A DNA stretch of 64,000 bases from Tubiluchus corallicola (taxonomy: Eukaryota; Animalia; Priapulida), in contig JAQGDQ010000257.1 of assembly GCA_030141605.1 (NCBI GenBank), positions 1 through 64,000 of the forward strand, written 5' to 3'. A program made the position numbers and the translations under genes. Positions 55,101 through 64,000 of this stretch are shown here, in pieces. The notes below the pieces were generated by a model. It did not search any database. It was not told where the DNA came from and saw nothing but the letters and a program-made list of their open reading frames with translations. Position 1 is the first letter of the stretch. Every line of letters begins with the position of its first letter.

Positions 55101-58100
55101 TTTTAAAATAAAAATTCAAATTTACCGCTGTACTCATGCATGAGCTGTCGAACGTGTGTTCATCACAAACTAACACATATGGAGTGATAGGTACAGCACC
55201 TTTTTTGTGCAACATCTTCCGAAATGCAGGCGCCAGTGGCCGTCTAACTAGCAAATGTCGAAATGCGTGTAACAGCAAATAACTAGTGGCACGAATGCGA
55301 ACTTGTATCTGTGTGGTAATAATTCTTTCACTCTTTCACTCTTTAAAAAATAGTATGTTTTCTTTCTATATTTTAAAGAATAGGTTTTTTGACCTACAGT
55401 TTAAGATTGGATCCGGTTTAACTTTAATTTCAAATCAAATTCGAACATTCAGCTCCCCCTAATGCATACTGATGTAGTCATAAAGTCGTGTGACAATAGA
55501 GATCTCTTGTGTACGTTTAACATTGCTGGAATTAGGTCTAGATACCGGACTGATAGTACAGTCCCTCAAATGATCTAACAAGATTTAAAAACATTTCTAT
55601 CTAACAAGTGAACAATTTCTGACATCAATTAGCTGATTTTAATCTTAATTATGAAAACTGCAAGAAATTTACTTTTCTTGCAAAAACTACGTAGGTTTCG
55701 CCAGATATCATATTCCCCATAGCCAGCATTACTTAAATTTGAAAAACAAACTCTCAGCTGCACTAGCAACTCTACCACAGTCAGAAAACTCACCGTAAGT
55801 TATCGCGCCTGGATAATTGACAATTTCAGCTATGAATCCAAATGAACCCTCGGCTGCGGACGCATGCAGATGAAGCGAAAGAAACTCTCTCGTCGTCGTG
55901 AAGAATACGCCCTTCTGCGTATCATTTGCAACAATCTCTGAAATGTGTACAGACACCTCACATTAGAGTAAAAAAACGAGACAATTAGCTAAAATAAATA
56001 AGCAAATGTACAACACTAGTTAATATTGCATAATAGCATTATAGTGCACCTGGTTCATTGCATACACACCAGTAATGCGAACATGCAAAAAAGAAGGAAC
56101 TTTCATCGTTTATTTAACTAGTATAATAGCTTTGAATACAGGCATACTCGGTTATTGCATGATGTAGATTTTTAGGGCCCAACTGTTTGCATTACAATGT
56201 ATTTGTTTATTTATTGTGTACTTTGTCTTCGCCAACAGTTTGCTAATTAATTTACAGTTAAATTTAACCCCTCATCCTCGTAAAAAAAATTATTGGGCAA
56301 GCAGCATTCGGAGTTGTTGACATGTCGTAGTTGAAAGATCACTAGCAGCTGCATAAAAACAATGAGTCACTCAGCAGCTTGGCGCCTAGCTGTGTTGTGT
56401 ACGTATGCACACTGGCATTGCACTCCTGAGATGTTTCATCAAGTGATGAATCCTACTGCACTTATTTTACTGCAAACAAAATTGAATGACTTTTTTGAAA
56501 CTCACTGACTTTACTGAACATGTCATGAAATTTTACAAGTAAAATTAATGTGTAAATGCAGCTTAATATGAAACATTTTTTTTTACTAATTTTTAGTTTA
56601 TTGAAGTTGCATAAAATACTTTTCATTGAATTTGAATACACTGCAAAGTGCTCGATGTTTGGTAGACTCTTCTAAAAGTACTTCAGATCCTCTATGAAGC
56701 TATACATCAGGAGTGTGCAAACTGCGGCCCGCAGGCCACTTGAGGCCCACCGAGAGATCTTGTGCGGCCCACGAAGAGGTTTGTCAACGTAATGAAAGTG
56801 CGGCCCACGCAATCCAGCTGAAATCTACACCAATATCGCAAAGATAGTGCGGGTAGTTTTTTCCTCTAGATCGGATGGCATTAACCCTTTAAGACCGTTG
56901 TCACTTAATGTCACTGTCAGACATAACGAAATATATGGTTTTTAATATAAATTTTAATAACTTCTAAAATAGTTTCCTGAGTGTAGTAGTGCAGTGGTAA
57001 TGATGTGCGCAAATCGGATGCAAAAAAGTCGTTATTAGGTCCTACTGTACTTGGCTCTTTGACCAAACTGCATGTGGCCCACAGGAATTGCGGGAATGTT
57101 TAATGTGGCCCGGTTAGTCAGATAATTTGCACACCCCTGCTATACATTGTGCATTTTCATACATTCTTATTGTTAATAAATGCTTGCCAATTTAGTAGTT
57201 ACATATACACAGTACATATGTCAGGTCAGCAGTATATGCTTATAGAGTCCCTTGGTTTTAGAGGACTTCTTTCTGGGTCTCTTGCAGATTTGCTATAATG
57301 AGGTTATACTCTATAGGTACACTTTTTTGTAATAGAGAAATGCGCGCGTAGTACATTGATTTTTTTAAAAAACAACAATATGTACAATAATTGCTATAAT
57401 AATGAAAAAAACTTTGCAGTTACCTGCCATATAAGTTGTTTCATTCAGAGCAAAGCCATCATACAGTTCGATACTATCAGGCCAGCTTGTTTCATTCACT
57501 CCAGGTAACAGATTGAGGTATAGTAAACGGAAACCCAGACGGTTGACCTTGTACTCGCTCCTGAAGATTTTAACGCAGTCAACTGGAGTATTATCATACT
57601 TATAGTAGACGAGCATACGTCGACTGACGACAACTTCCTTGTCAACGGAACACGCTTCAAGTATGCCAAACACATGGTATGACAGAGTAATATTGACCAA
57701 TGGATCATAGGACAACATCACTTGATCCGCAGCCTCACCATTTAGTACAAGAACATTTATACCAATGCCAAAACCATTGACGATCGAAGTATCATTCAAA
57801 ACTATGCCAGTTGAAGGAGCCATGCTCTCAAAACCATGAGAAGCAATTGTGTTAATCTTTGTATGGTTCAGCTTAGGTGAACGATACACAGTAGAAATTG
57901 CAGGCGCTTTCTCACCATGCAGCATGCCGGCACCGAAAATTTCCAAATATTCAATGTACGACTTGTCTTCAAACGTAGTATCTCGACCTTCCAAAGCTAC
58001 GTAAGGATTCTCCTCATAATGCGGCACCGAAAACCGTATATTTCCCCAGTAATCATGTGTGCCCTCCTCCAAATTAATGGCTCCACAGCTCATATACACG

Positions 58101-61100
58101 AAATGTGACAGCTCATCGCACTCCCAATGTCTCTGATTGCCATTAACCCTAGGATCACATTCGAACAAATTGTCTTCAGTGCCTAAGCACTGCACTGGTT
58201 CAGTTTTTGAAGATATCTTCAGTATGTCAAATTCGGTCATGTCAGCTCTCCATCCGTTCCAAATGTTTACATTTACGGTATCAAGTCCCAGTTCTCTACA
58301 TACAACTTGACCATTTCTCTCCGTAAAATGGGTGTCACATATAGGACCCCATTCATTTGTTGTTGCGTTCCACACTTCTAGGAATCCGTTCGTTCTATCA
58401 GTGCCTTCTACAAGGCGAACATTAGCATCCGCATCTTCTTCTGCAACCTCCCTCTTTGCAATGTTAGACAGCGGCACAGGATTAAACCGCACCGGATTAC
58501 CCTCTTTACCATTGATGAAAAGATTTCCCAGAACAAGGATTCCAACAGATGGGTAGAACTGTAATTCTGTTCCTGCTTCAATTGTAATGCTGCCATTAGG
58601 CATGATAGTTAAATCTGACCCGATCACCCACGGTGTGCCACGAGGGCGAAATGTTTCATGCCAGTCAACTCGACCGCCAAATGGAATATCGGTGTTCCAT
58701 GGAATTGGCTTTAAGCCGTCCTGAGCGTAAATGCCATTCCAATCAGGCTCTTTCAGATACGGGTAAAAGTCTGCTATGGAGTAACTGTTCCAGTCATCAA
58801 AGTCAAAGATCTGCCGACGTATCTGGTCCTGATCGGTCGTGTCCCACCAGTTGAAAGTTGCGTTCAAGTAGCTATTTAGCGAAGTCGCCTGAACACCAGA
58901 CACCATCGTGTAATCCATTTGGTTATCATAGAATAAGTTTTCTGTCACGTTTACTCTCTGTACGCCTTTAATTGCAATCACGTAACTTCTGGGAATTCCA
59001 TACATGCCTCTCATCCTGCGTGTAACTTCAGTGTTAAACCGATTGTTGCGAAGGATGTTGTAACTGAATGTCGCATTAACCTTGCCAACTAATTCCGTTT
59101 GACCCGAGGTTTGTAATTCAAATACGTAATCTCCAACATTTTCTTCAAAAACATTGTATGTTATGTTTAGCTGTTTCTCGGTTCCATCTAGGAGAAAGAG
59201 GCCTTTGTGACAGGTGTTCCTCCTCACTACATTCCCAAACATTGTGACATTTGAGAAATGGCCGGCAATACGAAATTTGAAGTTATGGTTGTCTTCTATG
59301 GTGCAATTGGTAAAATTGACACTGTGTGGGATGTTCCAATATCGATTACCCCGCTGGGTGGAAGGCAACCAAATATCAAACCCACCGGCCATGTTTTCGG
59401 CAATTCTGGTAAACAGTAACTCCCAGTGCCAGATGTTGTTTGAGCTTTGCATGTCACGATGAGTGTCTCGGACACCGTTACCATTATTTACTATTTCGGT
59501 GTCATCTATGCGAACCGTTACTTCACCCACGCCGGCCCAACTGTCTCGGTAGTGTGGCGTATCAGACCATATTCCATCCATCTTATTGTTCTCAATGGTC
59601 ACACGTTTAAGATTAAGTGACTCATTGCCGTAACTACAACAAAAACAAATTATAAAATAATCCCTTTATATTTCACATCAAAAATTACAACATCCGTGCG
59701 GAACATCCATGTATCAAACTGTCCCAAATGATATAATGTGCTAGCAAATTGTTTTCTTACTTTGTGTGCACGTAAACTAAACTATTATGTTGTTGCTTGA
59801 TTGACCAGCTTAAAAAAATAAGAAAATACTAACTGAATTTTAGGTTTTTTTCAACGTTTCACAACTGTGACAACTCACCGTATATAAACGTCTCCCTTTT
59901 CACTATACGGCATGTTGTAGTGTATTAGTGCCATTCCGTACATGTTGTCCGAGATTCGTACATCCGTAAGATTTAAATATGACCTCGGTCTTGGATAGTA
60001 ATCCTTATCTACATGTAAACAAAAGTATGTGCCTAATAATGTTGTACTGTTTTCATGCAGCATGATAAACTATAACCATACACAAAAATTTTAGGGCACA
60101 AACTGAAATTGTTTCAAATCATCAATGTCTTTGAAGGCCTACTTGAAACAATGTCATCAATGTACTTACAAGTTACCCATTTTGACAAACTCTCGTAGTA
60201 ATGGGTTATGAAGAATAGCTACAAAATGTTGCAAAAAGTTAAAGTGCTGCTTATTGATAGCTGCAGCATAAAGAAGATCAAATACATAAGCTAACTACCG
60301 TATTTATTCGAGTATAACGCGCACACGTGTATAATGTGCACCCCTAATTTTCGATTAAAAATCCGTATAAAAGTTTGTTTCACTCTTTCTCGGCTCAGAC
60401 CAAGCATTGTAAGTGACAAACGTTGTTGAACACATGCTCGATTTCCGTGAATTTCAACATGATCAACAACTTTGAGCTTGAATGAAGCGTCATATGCAGA
60501 ACGTTTTCTCTTGATACCCAGAGTTGCCATCTACCGGGTATATACCGGTAAATAAAAATGTTAAAAACACTGAATTGAAACTTTATAACTCTGGATAGTG
60601 GTAATTGTGCAAAACATGCAATGCTTAACTCAGGTTGCAGTGTGGGCGAGGCGAGGAAATAAAAAACTACCATACATCACAGCGGATAATAATAATTCTT
60701 GGAAATGGCACTGTCTAGACATCCTCTGCTGATGACGCAAATATTATTGATTATTTCCTTAGCTACGCCTTGCCTCTGCAGTGAGTGCTGTACACGAGCC
60801 ACTGAGAATTATTTATTTTAGATCGGCCACGCAAGTGCTTTGGATACTGTTACTAAAAATAGACCATAGGCGTTTTGTGGGTCGAGAGATGTGGCTGCAT
60901 TCAATGTTTTGCGATTGTGGTCAGCGATATCTTCGACTAATGAGTCATTGCACAAATAATATATTAATACATCTAAGCGTGTCACCCCAGCCCTCGTTTA
61001 TAATGCACACCCAAACTTTGACTTCTTTTTTAGCTGGAAAAGTTTGCGCGTTATACTCGAATAAATACGGTACAGTCATTTATTTTTTATGATTAATTTA

Positions 61101-63005
61101 TTTATTCAACTTACGTTTGACAGAAGTCAGCTTAATGATAATGTTGCCTGGTGAATTAGCACTGCACCAATACTTGATTACTAATTCAAATCGTCGAGTT
61201 ACAAGTGGAAATTGTGCCATGTCCTCGTGAAGATCATATTCTAATGTGTAGTCAGCAATCTGGAAAACAAAATACATTTTGCTATTTTACCAGAAAAGCT
61301 AACGTATCTTGAACCAAAAACAAAACAAGTTTAAGGCAATTATTTTCTCTCGTTTTGGGTCCTAAATTTGAAGCATAGGCATAGTTTGTTATCTAACACA
61401 AATTCACAGATTTCAAGTGATCGTTAAAGACTGTGTTTTATAATTACACTTTATTTAATTACAAATATAGAAAGAAAAACAATTAAAATCAAAATCTTTT
61501 TAAAAAATCAACTAAATTCGTGGCTATGAAAACATTCTGTTTCAGGTGACTGCATTATCTAAACACACCACACAGCCATTTTTCATTAGTTACATTAACA
61601 CAAAGAAAACTTACGATAAAATCGTCATAGAACATCATCTTTTCGTCTGTCTCATTGTCACCTCGATGCAATAACTGCACACCAATCACATACTCATAAT
61701 CAGTTTTAATGCGTATAGTCTGATAGTTGCCAACTGGGCAATTTGAAGAATAAGGTTCAGTAACAATATACCACTCATTTTCTGCCCCAAGCTGAAACCA
61801 GAAACAAGTAAAATATTTTAAACAAGAAAACTAAAGTAACTACTAAATACTTTAAAAACTACTATATAGACTCGCAAAGCAAGTTGGTGATCATGCTTAC
61901 ATAGATGAACAACACTTAATACTGTTTGTGAAGAAAGCAATTACCATTTGTTCTTGCGAAGCCAGGCTGTCACTAGGTAGATACTTGACACTTTCTTGCC
62001 TCAGATTTAACCAACTGATAAAGTCCCGATCCGCTTTGGCAGTCAGCATTGGATTGTACTGGAAACCAGCGCCATTCGCGTGGTTAAACATCTGAGTGTT
62101 GTGAATCCGTAAATACTGCGAATGCACCTCGATGCCATTCTTGTAATTGGCACTAACCTCGCAATTCTCCACTCTCGGATCCTACATTCAAGAATTTTTT
62201 ATTAACTAATGCAACATACAAAAAAAAACGTAAAAGACAGTCAATTTAATATTTTCAAAATTATATAAACATGCACTACTAAAAACAAGTGCAGAGAACA
62301 CTTCATGCCTGGTCTGATTTTTCTAAATGCGTATATATTCTGCGTCAACATTAGATTCTAAGCCATCGAAAAACTATGCAAAACCAAATTTAAGCATCTT
62401 GTAATAAATAACTACATGCTTTCAGAATGCGATGATTTAAAAATGAAATCAAGCAGACACATAAACAAGCACAGATTATATGATGGCGTTGCAATACAAT
62501 TTGCTCGGCACATATTCATAAAGTCTGCATTTGTAAATTTGTTGAAAAAATTTAAAGACTCGGGATTTCAAGTGCTAGTAAGAACAACACGTCAAATGGC
62601 ATTTTAGAACTATTTGTTGGAAAAATATCAATCATAAGTCAAAATATGCAAACGAAGCATATACCAAGCAATACCATAGCACGACAAAGTGCAAACTAAA
62701 CACACAGCAGAAAATAATTAAATTTCACAAGATCTACTAGTCAAATTTAACAACCTTGTAAATAAGCTTCAAGCAGGACACACTTATTCACAAATCCTTT
62801 TGTTACGAGTATATAAAAGGGCAACAAAATTTCACTACAACAACAACAAGAAAAACATAAATGTATCAAACCTTAAATGGGTTACTGAACAGGACAGTTA
62901 AGCCATTTTCATCATTGTTCTTAATCTTGAGGTTATTCAGCTGATGTTGGTTCATATCTATTTGCACTGCTGCAATATACTTGTGAGTTGCGTAGTCGAA
63001 TAAAC
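46149..63005 (-). CDS. bark: Protein bark beetle/Anakonda-like type I membrane protein (beta-helix repeats, SRCR, CUB-like, C-type lectin, TM, long cytoplasmic tail); 5' part outside the window
   Basis: 15 in-phase GT-AG exons: 62872-63005, 61945-62181, 61615-61791, 61115-61259, 59879-60008, 57424-59633, 55794-55937, 54109-54279, 53623-53773, 53075-53223, 52611-52857, 51170-51425, 50774-50981, 50338-50515, 46149-47709. SRCR motif GFLEV..WGPICD..F...GQVVCRELG, IFDFDDWNSYS.A.FYPYL, CTL motif C..RFPFICEK, TM WPLITAIVLAILLLILIILLAICW. Confidence 0.9.
47790..48413. mobile_element. piggyBac-like MITE
   Basis: TTAA-CCCTTTCACTA ... TAGTGAAAGGG-TTAA: perfect short TIR with TTAA target duplication. 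Confidence 0.8.
52196..52538. mobile_element. Tigger/pogo-like MITE
   Basis: TA-CAGTCAACCCTTGTTAAACCG ... CGGTTTAACGAGGGTCGACAG-TA. Confidence 0.75.
54342..54720. repeat. Imperfect tandem duplication with GAATCGAAT-type repeats (probable TE remnant)
   Basis: AATTCATTTACACATGTTACGGTGATCATTCTCTACCACAAAGCGAATTTGAAT occurs at ~54342 and ~54499. Confidence 0.75.
56708..57139. mobile_element. hAT (Charlie-like) MITE
   Basis: TIR CAGGAGTGTGCAAA / TTTGCACACCCCTG, 8-bp TSD CTATACAT, and subterminal GCGGCCC repeats. Confidence 0.88.
60298..61070 (-). mobile_element. pogo-type DNA transposon deletion derivative
   Basis: Perfect TIR CCGTATTTATTCGAGTATAACGCGCA at both ends with TA TSD. Residual peptide KRKRSAYDASFKLKVVDHVEIHGNRA resembles the Brinker-type HTH of POGK-like transposases. 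Confidence 0.88.
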
Positions 63006-63478
63006 CTGTATGAAGATATAATATAGCATCAAAGATACAACATATTGCTTAATTTTTATTGCATGTTTGTAAGAATTAGGAAGATCTAGGTACTGAGTGG
63101 ACATAATGTATTAAAGCTAGTACTTCATTCAATATTTAGGCTAATAATTCAATTTAGAGTAATTAGTCGTAACTATAAACAGTCTTGTGGCAATTTTAAT
63201 AATACTTACACTCTTGCCACCCTTTTCTCACTAAATGGAGATTGCTTTGTTTTAAGAGGAATTTTTTAGACTTCGTTGAAAATAAAACATTACTGCGATG
63301 CAGCATTAGTTATGGTGTGGCCATCTTTGCAAAAAACGTTAATTAGTAACGTTAATCTGCAAAATGAGCAATCTTGTGTGAATCTTATAAAAACTTCCTG
63401 GTCCATTTTGATGCAAATTACATTACATTCATTGTAGTGCAAAGTATCCTTAATGTTAATGTTAGTTATCCACAAAGT

Positions 63479-63950
63479 CAGGGTTGTAAAGGAACTTAGT
63501 TCGTGGAACAGAGTTCGTGAAACTAGCTCCTTCTTCAAGAACTTGGAATTGGAACTATTCCTTTTGTCAGAGACGAACTTGGAGCAAAAATAAGTTCCTT
63601 TCCAAGCCTATGGTTAACGTTTGTTAATTTTTACAGTTTTGGCACGAGTGCTCAATTTCTTTGCGTAGGCAAAATTAATTGCTTTCAGGAATATTTAACA
63701 GGTGCCAGCTTTTTAGGTAGTTAACAATGGATTTTTTTTTGTGCATAATGAGCAGACAGTAATGTAGTGAACGAGAACTGAACCTAGTTCCTTTTTTTCA
63801 AAGGAATTTGGAAACTGGAACTAGTTGCTTTTCGAAAAAATTAGAGGAACTACAAACGTGAATCAGTTCCTTTTGTCACAGATGAATGCGGAGGTGGAAT
63901 TAGTTGGTTTTCTTGCCCGAGAACTAAGAACTGGAGCTAGTTCTTAAAAC
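63479..63950. mobile_element. MITE-like remnant rich in GGAACTAGTTC repeats
   Basis: CAGGGTTGTAAAGGAAC / GTTCCTTTCCAAGCCTA inverted ends (63479-63611) and repeated near-palindromic GAACTAGTTC motifs up to ~63950. Confidence 0.5.
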
Positions 63951-64000
63951 TGAGAAATTTTTATACAGTCCCGCAAAAAGTAACCCTGAATTTGTGGAAA

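Overview
This is AT-rich, intron-rich eukaryotic DNA from an invertebrate animal (lophotrochozoan-like is my inference), not prokaryotic. I reconstructed four spliced genes by hand, each with GT-AG introns and consistent reading phase. (1) The 3' part of an SLC3/rBAT-like GH13 protein (+, 275-6491) that lacks all three catalytic acids. (2) A nearly intronless TRAPPC12 (-, 8825-11243) whose 3' end is tandemly duplicated (489 bp). (3) A complete 10-coding-exon Pellino E3 ligase (-, 15667-26138) with a ~2.2 kb array of 36-bp repeats in its last intron. (4) The 3' part of a bark beetle/Anakonda-like tricellular-junction protein (-, 46149-63005, continuing beyond the window). Introns and intergenic DNA hold many non-autonomous elements: Kolobok-, hAT-, Harbinger-, piggyBac- and Tigger/pogo-type MITEs, a Helitron relic, a tRNA-derived SINE, and a Penelope-like relic with inverted, degenerate hammerhead-ribozyme termini. 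There is no CRISPR array, rRNA or intact tRNA. All family assignments come from motif recognition, not database searches.
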